The notes under the pieces were generated by a model. It saw only the letters and a list, made by a program, of their open reading frames with translations, was not told where the DNA came from and ran no database searches. 64,000 nt of DNA from Prochlorococcus sp. AG-347-K19. Its GTDB lineage: Bacteria > Cyanobacteriota > Cyanobacteriia > PCC-6307 > Cyanobiaceae. Position 1 is the stretch's first letter, and every line of letters starts with the position of its first letter. The DNA is taken from contig QCCG01000004.1 of assembly GCA_003281335.1 (NCBI GenBank), positions 3,804 through 67,803 of the forward strand. Direction: 5' to 3'. The translations under genes were made by a program, and so were the position numbers. Positions 40,656-49,680 of the stretch are shown piece by piece.

Positions 40656-42050
40656 TTATAAAGAAAGTTCTCCTGTTAGAGAAAAAGGTCTTGCTTCATT
40701 TATTCTGACATTTATTTCATCTCCCAACGAAAAATTAAAGTTAATGTTTTTGGGAATCTCTACGAAAGTTAATCTATTTGTTCTAGTTCTACCCATCATT
40801 TGAGAGGAATTTTTTGGATTTAAACCCTCAATTAAAACGCTTTCGAAATTATTGATATATCTTTGGTTTCTACTCCTAGCGGTTTTCTCGACCAAATCAT
40901 TAATTTCCTGTAATCTAGCTTTTTTTACCTCTTCTGAAAGTTGATTCGTCCAAACTGCTGCAGGTGTATTTGGTCTTGGAGAGTATGCTGCTGTATTCAC
41001 CTGATCAAAGCCAATTTCTGATATTAGCTTTAATGTATCTTGATATTGTTGCTCGGTTTCTCCTGGGAAAGCAACTATCGCGTCAGCTGTGATTGATGCA
41101 TCTGGCATTAATGACCTTATGTTCTCGATAATATTTTTATACTTTTTAATAGAATATCCTCTGGACATTTGCTTTAAAATTTCATCATTTCCACTTTGGA
41201 AGGGGATATGGAAATGTTCACAGACTTTATCAAGTTCATAACAAGCTTGAATCAACCTTTTTGAAAAATATCTTGGATGACTAGTAGCAAATCTTATTCT
41301 GCGAATTCCTTTAACATCATGAATATAATACAAAAGATCAGTTAGGGTATTCTCTTTTCTCCCCTCTTTTGTAGTTCCTGGAAGGTCTCTACCATAAGCA
41401 TCAATGTTCTGACCCAAAAGAGTAATTTCTTTAAAATTATCATCAGCTAATTTTTGGATCTCACTTTTTATTGCATTTGGATATCTTGATTGCTCTTTCC
41501 CTCTGACAGAGGGGACTACACAATATGAACATCTTTCATTACATCCATAGATGATATTAACCCAGCCACAAATTGAGCTTTCTCTTCTGGCACTTGTTAT
41601 ATCTTCAGAAATGAAGGTTTCTTCTGTAGCAGCAACTTGATTTCCTAAATCAACTTTCCCCAGAAGATTCTCAAGGTTATTTACATGTTGAGGGCCCATT
41701 ACTAGGTCAAGTTCTGGGACTCTTCTTAGTAAGGATTCTCCCTCTTGCTGAGCAAGACATCCTGCAACAACAAGTTTTAAGCTAGGTGTTTTGTGCTTTC
41801 TTTTTGCTTGTCTTCCTAAAAAGCTATAAACTTTTTGCTCTGCATTATCTCTAATAGTGCATGTATTGTACAAGACCAAATCGGCATTTAATTCATTATC
41901 TGCTCTGATGTATCCCATTTTCTCTAATGTCCCAGCCATTCTCTCAGAATCAGCCTTGTTCATTTGGCATCCAAATGTGGTTATCCAATAACTAACAGTA
42001 GTTGAATTCTTTTGAGTTTTTTTTTCGTCTGATTTTGTTTTTGTTAGCAC
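40656..42050 (-). CDS. miaB: tRNA-2-methylthio-N6-dimethylallyladenosine synthase
   Basis: UPF0004 N-domain ([12 protein letters not shown]), radical [14 protein letters not shown] and a C-terminal TRAM domain. Confidence 0.95.
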   Translation of the reverse strand: MLTKTKSDEKKTQKNSTTVSYWITTFGCQMNKADSERMAGTLEKMGYIRADNELNADLVLYNTCTIRDNAEQKVYSFLGRQAKRKHKTPSLKLVVAGCLAQQEGESLLRRVPELDLVMGPQHVNNLENLLGKVDLGNQVAATEETFISEDITSARRESSICGWVNIIYGCNERCSYCVVPSVRGKEQSRYPNAIKSEIQKLADDNFKEITLLGQNIDAYGRDLPGTTKEGRKENTLTDLLYYIHDVKGIRRIRFATSHPRYFSKRLIQACYELDKVCEHFHIPFQSGNDEILKQMSRGYSIKKYKNIIENIRSLMPDASITADAIVAFPGETEQQYQDTLKLISEIGFDQVNTAAYSPRPNTPAAVWTNQLSEEVKKARLQEINDLVEKTARSRNQRYINNFESVLIEGLNPKNSSQMMGRTRTNRLTFVEIPKNINFNFSLGDEINVRINEARPFSLTGELSL

Positions 42051-42122
42051 TTTGCTAGGAATTTTTTATGATTATTTAATTCAAAATTACAAGTTAAATA
42101 ATTTTGCTGCAATATTTTTGAG

Positions 42123-42196
42123 GGCGAGCGAGGGGATTCGAACCCCCGAATAGCGGCGCCACAAGCCGCTGCCTTAACCACTTGGCGACGCCCGCC
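42123..42196 (-). tRNA. tRNA-His (anticodon GUG) with genomically encoded G-1
   Basis: Hand fold: G-1 pairs with C73, acceptor GCGGGCG/CGCTCGC (one G-U), anticodon stem GCGGC/GCCGC with loop TTGTGGC, T-loop TTCGAAT. Confidence 0.88.
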
Positions 42197-42324
42197 TCAC
42201 ATTTATAAATTTAACAACTCAAGGGTATTTTTTCATAGTTATTTTTATCTTTTAGCGAAATTTGAATTATTTTCTAATTAAGAAAAGTTTTCTTATGATT
42301 TAAAATAATAGAAAATTTAAAAAT

Positions 42325-43560
42325 TTGAGTAATTCCGGCACAGCTAGGGTTCTTATTCCCAGAAGCCTTTGTTTAATAGAAGATATAGATAACCTCATTA
42401 TCGATGTAGAGGATTTATGTTCAGTTTCTATTAGTTGGAAGAATGGATTTGTTTCTGAGTTAAAGCCTTTAAGAAATAAAATTACAAAACCAAAAAATAT
42501 TTTATTGCCAAGATTTGTTGAAACGCATTCGCATATTGATAAATCTTTTACATGGGAAGACTTTCCTAATCTGGAATCAAACTATGGAGGGGCATTATCA
42601 GTAAATCTTGAAGAACATAAAACTAGAACTACAGATAAGGTTCTTGAAAGAGTTGAAAAATCATTAAAACTCGCCATACAAAATGGATACCGAGCTATTA
42701 GAAGTCATATTGATACTTACAAAAGTCAATCTATTGATATTTGGATTGAACTTTTTAAATTACAAAAAAAATTTTCATCTGAGTTGACTTTACAATTCGT
42801 TGCTTTAGCTCCATTGGAATTCTGGGATACAACTAATGGAGAAGATTTGGCAAAAATCTTTTCATCTAATGGAGGTATTTTAGGAGGTGTAATTGTTCCT
42901 CCTTTCAATAAAAAAGATACAAGTAAATTGCTCGCAAAGATGCTTCTTCTAGCTAAAAAATATAAATTAGAAATTGATTTGCATATAGATGAGTCAATTA
43001 TCGAGCCTGGAGCAGGAATAAAAGTTTTATTAGAGACAATCGAAAATTTAAAAATTAACAGTATTCCAATTACTTGTAGTCATTTGAGTAGTTTTGTTTC
43101 TCTAAGTCATAGAGAGATTTTAAATTTAGGAGAAAAAATAGCTGAGAAAAATATTAAAGTTATTGCTTTACCTCTAACAAATTTTTGGCTGCTCAATCGA
43201 AGTAATAAAACTACCTCATTAAAAAGACCAGTTGCTCCAATAAAGCAATTACAAAAATTACACGTGGATGTATCGCTAGGTAGTGATAACGTTCAAGATC
43301 CCTGGTACCCATTTGGTAATTTTGATCCTTTTTATATGTTGTCTTGCTCTATACCTATGCTTCAACTAAATCCCTGGGAGAGAATGACTCTATCTTCTAT
43401 TTTTTTAGCTCCAAGCAGATTATTAAACTTAAAATGGGATGGTTTAATTAAAAAGGGTTGCCCTGCTGATTTTGTGATTTTAGATGCACAAAGATGGGCA
43501 GATGTTTTTTCGAGTTCATTAAAGAGAAAAGTTTTTATAAAAGGCGATTTATATTGCTAA
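42325..43560 (+). CDS. Cytosine deaminase-like amidohydrolase (CodA family), true substrate unknown
   Basis: Metal ligand motifs ETHSHIDKS, DLHIDES, CSHL and GSDNVQDPWYPFGNFD (compare CodA DDVxDPWYPLG). TTG start. Confidence 0.78.
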   Translation: MSNSGTARVLIPRSLCLIEDIDNLIIDVEDLCSVSISWKNGFVSELKPLRNKITKPKNILLPRFVETHSHIDKSFTWEDFPNLESNYGGALSVNLEEHKTRTTDKVLERVEKSLKLAIQNGYRAIRSHIDTYKSQSIDIWIELFKLQKKFSSELTLQFVALAPLEFWDTTNGEDLAKIFSSNGGILGGVIVPPFNKKDTSKLLAKMLLLAKKYKLEIDLHIDESIIEPGAGIKVLLETIENLKINSIPITCSHLSSFVSLSHREILNLGEKIAEKNIKVIALPLTNFWLLNRSNKTTSLKRPVAPIKQLQKLHVDVSLGSDNVQDPWYPFGNFDPFYMLSCSIPMLQLNPWERMTLSSIFLAPSRLLNLKWDGLIKKGCPADFVILDAQRWADVFSSSLKRKVFIKGDLYC

Positions 43561-43598
43561 TCGGCTAATTTATATACAAAACAATAAAAATTTAATTA

Positions 43599-44954
43599 AT
43601 GACATCAAATACTCTTAAATTTATAGATAAATTTAGAGAAGTTAAAAACTTAGAGATAATTGAAAGCCAATCTGACATAAAAAGGCTATCTAAAGATTTT
43701 TATAACTACTCTCCAATCCTTACTGAAAAATTAGACGAATGTATTGCTGATTTGGTGGTAAGACCTATTGATCACAGAGCAGTAAAGGAAGTAGCAGAAA
43801 TTTGTTGGGAATTTTCTATCCCACTTACTTTAAGGGGGGCAGGTACAGGTAATTATGGACAAGCTGTCCCATTGTTTAAAGGAGTTGTAATGCAGATGAG
43901 TCACTTTAATAAGTTAGAAGAATTTGATCCAGATACAGGTTTTGTAAAAGTACAGTCTGGCTGTGTGATGGGAGATTTGAATAACCAATTAGAGAAATAT
44001 GGGAGAGAATTGAGGTTGCTTCCTAGTACTTGGAAAACTGCAACAATTGGAGGTTTTATTGCAGGTGGATCAGGAGGTATTGGTTCAATTAGGTGGGGAT
44101 TTTTAAGAGATCCAGGAAATCTTATTGGTCTAGAGGCAGTAACGATGAATGAAAAACCTGAATTATTAAAATTTGATGCTGAAGAATCCGAACCTCTAAA
44201 TCATGCTTATGGGACTAATGGAATAATAACTTCTTTACTACTTGCTACTGATATCAAACGTAAGTGGTATTCAGTAGTTATCGACTGTATTGAATTTGAA
44301 AAAACAATAGAAATATTAAAAACTCTCACCAGCGCAGCAATTGATCTGAAACTAGGAGCAATTCTTGAAGATGAAATTGTAGATCAAATGCCAAAATGGT
44401 TTAAAAGTAATTCTAGAAGTCACAAGATATTAATTCAATCTAGTCTTGGAGGTACAAAAACGATCGAGTTGATTTGTAAAAAATTCAAAGTTGAATTTAC
44501 CTTCCTTGGGGAAGAAGAAAAACTCGTTAATGGAATTTCTGAAGTCGTATGGAATCATACAACTCTTCATATGAGGTCTAAAGATAAAAATTGGACTTAT
44601 TTACAGATGCTTTTACCACTTAATAGTGAACTAGAATTGATTAATTTTCTGAGGAAAAAATGGGGTAGAAAAGTTCTTTGGCATTTAGAGGCAGTTTCTC
44701 AACAAGGATCACCGCGATTAGCGGCTTTACCTGTATTAAGGTGGAATGGGATAGATGAATTAAATGAAATAATGGAAGATTGTAAGAAACTTGGGGCTTT
44801 TATTTTTAATCCCCATGTTTTAACTGTCGAAGGTGGAGGCCTAGGAGTGGTTGACGCAGATCAAGTAAAAGCGAAATTAAAATTTGATCCTAAGGGGCTA
44901 TTAAATCCTGGAAAATTGGAAGGTTGGGAATTAAAAGAGCAATTTAAAATTTAA
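43599..44954 (+). CDS. FAD-linked oxidase/dehydrogenase (PCMH-type FAD-binding domain)
   Basis: LTLRGAGTGNYGQAVP and TIGGFIAGGSGGIGS motifs. The 3' end overlaps convergent folC by 4 nt. Confidence 0.75.
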   Translation: MTSNTLKFIDKFREVKNLEIIESQSDIKRLSKDFYNYSPILTEKLDECIADLVVRPIDHRAVKEVAEICWEFSIPLTLRGAGTGNYGQAVPLFKGVVMQMSHFNKLEEFDPDTGFVKVQSGCVMGDLNNQLEKYGRELRLLPSTWKTATIGGFIAGGSGGIGSIRWGFLRDPGNLIGLEAVTMNEKPELLKFDAEESEPLNHAYGTNGIITSLLLATDIKRKWYSVVIDCIEFEKTIEILKTLTSAAIDLKLGAILEDEIVDQMPKWFKSNSRSHKILIQSSLGGTKTIELICKKFKVEFTFLGEEEKLVNGISEVVWNHTTLHMRSKDKNWTYLQMLLPLNSELELINFLRKKWGRKVLWHLEAVSQQGSPRLAALPVLRWNGIDELNEIMEDCKKLGAFIFNPHVLTVEGGGLGVVDADQVKAKLKFDPKGLLNPGKLEGWELKEQFKI

Positions 44955-46183
44955 CATTTTTCTTTATTCGCAAATTTAATAAATTCAGCAACTAAAAAAA
45001 TTGAACCCGTTAGGACAGGATGATTAGGTGGCCATTTTTCAAGGGAAAATAAATACTCAATGGCAAGTTCAAATGTTTTAAATTCAATTATTTTTTGAAG
45101 GTCAATTTCTTTAATCTGAGAAAGATCTTTTAATTGCCAACTAGATTGGTTTGGTACTGGCACAAGTAATAAGTGATCATTTTTCTTTAGAAGCGTTTTG
45201 AATATTGCGTAAAAATCTTTTTGTCTTTGGACACCTAAAATCCAATAAATCCCTTTATCTTCATTCTCCCAATTGCTTCGCTCATGAGAGAGTGCTTTTG
45301 CAGCAGGATAATTATGCGCACAATCTACAAGAATTTCTTTGTTGAAATAATTTATTATTTCTAGCCTTCCCTTCCAAGATGTCTTTTTAAGACCTTCAGA
45401 AATGTGTTTTTCTTTTAGATTAAATCCCAAATTATTCAGCGCTTCAATTACTCCAACAGCTACTGAAGCATTTTGCTTTTGAAAAATTCCTTTTAATCCA
45501 AGCTCATAGCTGTTTGAAATTGAATCTTTCCAGATAATTTCTGCTCCTACCTCTTTAACTTTTTTGGTTATTAAATTTTCAACTTGACTATTTTGATTGC
45601 ATGAGATGACAATTGAGTTTTTTTCAATAACTGCTAATTTTTCTTCGGCAATTTTTTCAATCGTATCTCCAAGAAATTCTTTATGGTCTAAGCCAATATT
45701 CCCAATAGCAATGATTGGTCTAGATCTATGGGCTGTTGTCGCGTCCAATCGTCCCCCTAAGCCAGCTTCAAGAATGAGTAATTCAACTTTTTTATGGTCA
45801 AAAAAATTTAGTGCGCAGCAAATGATTTTTTCAAAAGGAGTTAATTCAAATGTTGAAAAATTTTTTTCTATTAATCTATAGATTTTTTCAAAATCAGTTT
45901 TATTAATATTTTTTTTATTAACTCTAATTCTCTCGCATACATCCAAAAGATGAGGAGATGTCGTTACACCAAAATTCCTTTTAGCTTCAAAAAGAATGCT
46001 TTCTAAATATGCCGCGATTGATCCTTTCCCATTGGTTCCAATAATTTGTATGGCAGGGATATTTTTGCAAGGATTACCAAGTGCTTCAAGTGCTTTTTCA
46101 ATTCTTGATAAACCTAACTTGATATTATCCCTCTCATATGCAGGAGATAATAATTCAAAAGTTTTTAAATTTGCATTTTTCAA
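44951..46183 (-). CDS. folC: Folylpolyglutamate synthase / dihydrofolate synthase
   Basis: Mur-ligase P-loop IGTNGKGS, GLGGRLDAT and a C-terminal Mur ligase domain. Confidence 0.9.
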   Translation of the reverse strand: MKNANLKTFELLSPAYERDNIKLGLSRIEKALEALGNPCKNIPAIQIIGTNGKGSIAAYLESILFEAKRNFGVTTSPHLLDVCERIRVNKKNINKTDFEKIYRLIEKNFSTFELTPFEKIICCALNFFDHKKVELLILEAGLGGRLDATTAHRSRPIIAIGNIGLDHKEFLGDTIEKIAEEKLAVIEKNSIVISCNQNSQVENLITKKVKEVGAEIIWKDSISNSYELGLKGIFQKQNASVAVGVIEALNNLGFNLKEKHISEGLKKTSWKGRLEIINYFNKEILVDCAHNYPAAKALSHERSNWENEDKGIYWILGVQRQKDFYAIFKTLLKKNDHLLLVPVPNQSSWQLKDLSQIKEIDLQKIIEFKTFELAIEYLFSLEKWPPNHPVLTGSIFLVAEFIKFANKEKC

Positions 46184-46194
46184 AATTTAAATTG

Positions 46195-47370
46195 CTATAA
46201 CTCTTCCAAAATTGAATTTAGCTTATCCAAAAGAATATTAATTTCTCTTCGAGAAATGACTAATGGCGGGACAATCCTCACAACATTTCCTCCTGCAGGA
46301 ACTACTAGTAATCCCTTATCAAAAGCTTTTAATGTAATTGTTTTTGCATCAGTATAATCATCATTGATCACAAGACCTTGTATTAAACCTAAACCTCTTT
46401 CCCCGGTAATAATATTTGGAAATTTTTTTGACAATTCTTCAAACCCAGCACTTAATTGTTCCCCTCTTAGATAAACATTATTGATAATATTTCTTCTATT
46501 TATTTCTTCTAATACAGTTAGGGCAGCTTTACAGGCGAATGGGTTACCTCCAAAAGTGCTTGCATGATCTCCAGGAGAAAAAACGTTGGCTTTTTCTTTT
46601 ACCAATAATGCACCAATTGCATGACCTCCTCCTAATCCTTTAGCAAGGGTGAATCCATCAGGTTCAATTCCTAAATTCTCATAACCCCACATTTTCCCAG
46701 TTCGACCTACTCCACTTTGGACCTCATCTAAAATGAGAAGAGAATTATATTTATCACATATTTCTCTCAGGCTTTTAAAAAATATTTTATTTCCAGGAAT
46801 TACGCCACCTTCTCCTTGTATTGGTTCAACTAAAACGCCGGAAATTTTTTGATCATTATTTTCACACTCTTCAAATAATTTTTTTACCGAATCAAAATTG
46901 TTAAATTTAAAAAATTTGAAACCTTGAATCATTGGTTCGAAACCTTTTTGATATTTAGGTTGTCCAGTGGCACTCAAGGCTGCAAGCGTCCTTCCATGGA
47001 AGCTGGATTCTGCTGCGAGAATAATTGATTCTTTACCTTTATTTGTTGTATTACCATATTTTTTAATTAATTTAATTGCTGATTCATTTGCTTCCGCACC
47101 ACTATTGCAGAAGAAGACGCTTTTAGCACAACTCATATTCGTTAAAGTTCTGCTTAATTGTTCTTGTTCTTCAATGTTGTAGAGATTAGAAATGTGCTGA
47201 ATCTTTTTTAGTTGAGTTGTTAACCTTCTTCTTAGAACTCTGTCGCTATGTCCAAGACTACAAGTTGCTATACCAGCGACTGCATCAAGATACTTTTTAC
47301 CTGTTTTGTCCCATAGCCAACAACCTTTTCCTTTTTTGAAAGATATATCGAATCGATTATAGGTACTCAT
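46195..47370 (-). CDS. argD: Acetylornithine aminotransferase
   Basis: Class III aminotransferase motifs (FFCNSGAEANE, ILDEVQSGVGRTGK). Start set at MSTYNRF (47370), because the 27 upstream codons of the ORF-track entry run through tRNA-Leu. Confidence 0.93.
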   Translation of the reverse strand: MSTYNRFDISFKKGKGCWLWDKTGKKYLDAVAGIATCSLGHSDRVLRRRLTTQLKKIQHISNLYNIEEQEQLSRTLTNMSCAKSVFFCNSGAEANESAIKLIKKYGNTTNKGKESIILAAESSFHGRTLAALSATGQPKYQKGFEPMIQGFKFFKFNNFDSVKKLFEECENNDQKISGVLVEPIQGEGGVIPGNKIFFKSLREICDKYNSLLILDEVQSGVGRTGKMWGYENLGIEPDGFTLAKGLGGGHAIGALLVKEKANVFSPGDHASTFGGNPFACKAALTVLEEINRRNIINNVYLRGEQLSAGFEELSKKFPNIITGERGLGLIQGLVINDDYTDAKTITLKAFDKGLLVVPAGGNVVRIVPPLVISRREINILLDKLNSILEEL

Positions 47371-47375
47371 CAAAG

Positions 47376-47457
47376 TGGGAGCGGTCGGACTTGAACCGAC
47401 ATACCCGAAGGTGCCGCATTTTGAGTGCGGTGCGTCTACCAATTCCACCACGCTCCC
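47376..47457 (-). tRNA. tRNA-Leu (anticodon CAA), class II with long variable arm
   Basis: Hand fold: acceptor GGGAGCG/CGCTCCC plus A73, anticodon stem CCGCA/TGCGG with loop CTCAAAA, T-arm GTCGG-TTCAAGT-CCGAC. Confidence 0.9.
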
Positions 47458-47484
47458 AAGGCTTTTGAAAAAATGAACTTTTTT

Positions 47485-47493
47485 ATTATAACA
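47485..47493 (-). promoter_or_regulatory. Extended -10 element TGtTATAAT, 27 nt upstream of the tRNA-Leu 5' end
   Basis: The minus strand reads ...tttTGTTATAATaaaaaag.... It is the only strong sigma70-type signal upstream of tRNA-Leu/argD. Confidence 0.45.
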
Positions 47494-47712
47494 AAAATCA
47501 ACTTATTGACTATTGTTTTGGTCAAGGAACAGTTATCAAGATAACGTTCGTTAATAGTTAATCTTTTCGATAAAAACATAGAATTATTTATTGCATTTGC
47601 TGACAAGAAATAAGATAAAAAGGAAAATTTAAACATTTATGATACATTTATGTGATTAGGTGCGCTTAAAAAGTCTTTTTTAAATAAGATAGCTTCATGT
47701 TTAGTAATATTG

Positions 47713-47721
47713 TGTTATATT
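47713..47721 (+). promoter_or_regulatory. Extended -10-like element TGtTATATT, 15 nt upstream of the first mini-ORF
   Basis: Read directly: ...attgTGTTATATTttataaaaaaacaaATG. Confidence 0.3.
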
Positions 47722-47735
47722 TTATAAAAAAACAA

Positions 47736-47843
47736 ATGTCTAAAATTCAAGCTAAAAAATTATCATTTAAGTTTGTCCCTTACCTTTTTATTGCAGTGAC
47801 TATACTGACAACATTTGGTTCTAACGGCGGAACTTGGTCATGA
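47736..47843 (+). CDS. Candidate 35-aa single-TM mini-protein (MSKIQAKKLSFKFVPYLFIAVTILTTFGSNGGTWS)
   Basis: ATG...TGA ORF below the track cutoff with a hydrophobic core VPYLFIAVTILTTF. Its stop overlaps the next ORF's start (ATGA). Confidence 0.3.
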   Translation: MSKIQAKKLSFKFVPYLFIAVTILTTFGSNGGTWS

Positions 47844-47950
47844 ATGAATTCAAATTTAATGGTTTAAATAAAATTTGGTCTAGTCGCTTTCTAGTTTTGT
47901 TTATATTATTTTTGGGTTGTATTTCACTAATCAATATTGCTTACGTTTGA
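47840..47950 (+). CDS. Candidate 36-aa single-TM mini-protein (MNEFKFNGLNKIWSSRFLVLFILFLGCISLINIAYV)
   Basis: ATG overlaps the upstream TGA by 4 nt. Hydrophobic core FLVLFILFLGCISLINIA. Confidence 0.3.
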   Translation: MNEFKFNGLNKIWSSRFLVLFILFLGCISLINIAYV

Positions 47951-47988
47951 ATTAAATTCTCAGTTTTTAAAAATATTTTTGGTAAAGA

Positions 47989-49359
47989 TTAAGCTGCTTC
48001 CAGTTTTGGAAGATTCTTAGTTTTTGGTTCAATTTTATATCCATTCTCCTCAAAAGTATTTTTACTGATCTCTCTAATTATTTTTACACCTAAATTTTTT
48101 AGTTTTAATTCAAAATTTTCATAACCTCTATCTAGATGTTCTAATCCATAGAAATTGCTACTACCTTTTGCGATAATTCCTGCAATTATTAATGCAGCTG
48201 ATGACCTTAAATCTGAGCCAATTAGATTCATCCCATTAATTGTTTTAACACCTTTGATGTAGGCTACGTTTTTGTTTAGTTTTATACTGGCGCCCATTTC
48301 ATTAAGTAAATAAATATGATTCATTCTGTTTTCGAAAATTGTTTCAGTTATCTTTGATTCACCATTTGCGATTGTCATTAGAGTTGTAAATGGTGCCTGC
48401 AAATCAGTAGGAAAGCCTGGAAAAGGAGCTGTTTCAATATCTACTCCTTTAATCTCTTTACTCTTGATAGAAATCGAATTACCTTTAATCGTGATTTTAC
48501 TCCCACTCTCTTGAAGCTTATTAGTTACAGCTTCAAGATGATGAGGGATTACTGGAGAAATTGTTATTGAAGAGGAAGTTGCAGCAGCAGCTATTAGAAA
48601 AGTTCCAGCTTCTATTCGGTCTGGAATTACTTTATGGGTACATCCGTCAAGCTTATTAACACCATCAATAATAATTGTTTCTTTACCGGAGTCATAAATT
48701 TTTGCCCCCATTTTATTAAGCATATGGCATAAATCTTGAACTTCAGGCTCTCTAGCCGCATTTTCAATAGTAGTTCTTCCTTTGGCTAAAGATGCTGCCA
48801 TTATTAAAGTTTCAGTCGCACCTACACTTGGACAATTTAATTTAATATGAGTGCCATGAAGTCTATTTTTGTTACCCCTTGTTTTTGCCTTTACAATTCC
48901 ATCTTCAATAATAATATCTGCTCCTAGTGAGATTAATCCATTAATGTGCTCGTCTATTGGCCTTGAACCAATATTGCATCCACCTGGTAACGGTACTTGA
49001 GCTTCTCCAAATTTAGTTAATAGTGCCCCTATACAAAAGAAACTAGCTCTTAATCCTTTCACAAGTTCATATGGAAGTTCTTTAATCGAAATATTTGTTG
49101 GATCTATTTCTAGTTGGTTGTTTTTACGAACTAAATTAACTCCTAAATTCTTTAAGATATTCCCCATCTTTTCAATATCAGTGAGAAAAGGTACATTTTC
49201 AAGAATTATTTTTTCATTAGTTAGCAATGATGAGGCCAATAAAACTAAGGCGGAATTCTTCGCACCACTTATCTCAACTATTCCATTTAACTTGCCTTGG
49301 CCAAGAATCTTTAAATTTTGCGATTTAAGATATGACTTCGTTTTGCTTCCGCAAATCAT
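47989..49359 (-). CDS. murA: UDP-N-acetylglucosamine 1-carboxyvinyltransferase
   Basis: SGAKNSALVLLASSLL...LPGGCNIGSRPID (active-site Cys)...FPGFPTDLQAPF. Confidence 0.96.
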   Translation of the reverse strand: MICGSKTKSYLKSQNLKILGQGKLNGIVEISGAKNSALVLLASSLLTNEKIILENVPFLTDIEKMGNILKNLGVNLVRKNNQLEIDPTNISIKELPYELVKGLRASFFCIGALLTKFGEAQVPLPGGCNIGSRPIDEHINGLISLGADIIIEDGIVKAKTRGNKNRLHGTHIKLNCPSVGATETLIMAASLAKGRTTIENAAREPEVQDLCHMLNKMGAKIYDSGKETIIIDGVNKLDGCTHKVIPDRIEAGTFLIAAAATSSSITISPVIPHHLEAVTNKLQESGSKITIKGNSISIKSKEIKGVDIETAPFPGFPTDLQAPFTTLMTIANGESKITETIFENRMNHIYLLNEMGASIKLNKNVAYIKGVKTINGMNLIGSDLRSSAALIIAGIIAKGSSNFYGLEHLDRGYENFELKLKNLGVKIIREISKNTFEENGYKIEPKTKNLPKLEAA

Positions 49360-49680
49360 TAAGACTTAATTTATTAGATTTATCATGACAAACTAATAAT
49401 ATTAAGTCCACCCTATGTAACGTCATGAATATTAATTAAAAGTGAAAATGTATTTTTTAATTTCTTGGGAAATAAAAATTTAATAAATAATTGATCAAAA
49501 TATTTATTTAATTAAAATAAAGTTGATAACAAACTTTTCAAAATACTCATAGAAAATACTTTTTTAAAAATAACTAGTAAAAACAATAATCTAGTTAAAA
49601 GATTTAGATCATTTAAAAGAGGATCATCTCCAAAAGATCAAGACTTTTTTTGCATAGAGGGTACACATCTCATTGAAGAA

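Noticed and set aside
47540-47570. Short inverted repeats in the tRNA-Leu upstream spacer (TAACG-tt-CGTTA, and TTGAC...GTCAA).
   Set aside because: These are 5-bp arms only, expected by chance, and are not followed by T-runs or associated with a gene start.
47371-47636. The N-terminal 27 codons of ORF 46195..47451 (MVELVDAPHSKCGTFGYVGSSPTAPTL) and ORF 47436..47636.
   Set aside because: Both run through or into tRNA-Leu(CAA) (47376-47457). The argD homology begins at MSTYNRF (47370), and the 66-aa ORF is AT-rich spacer translation.
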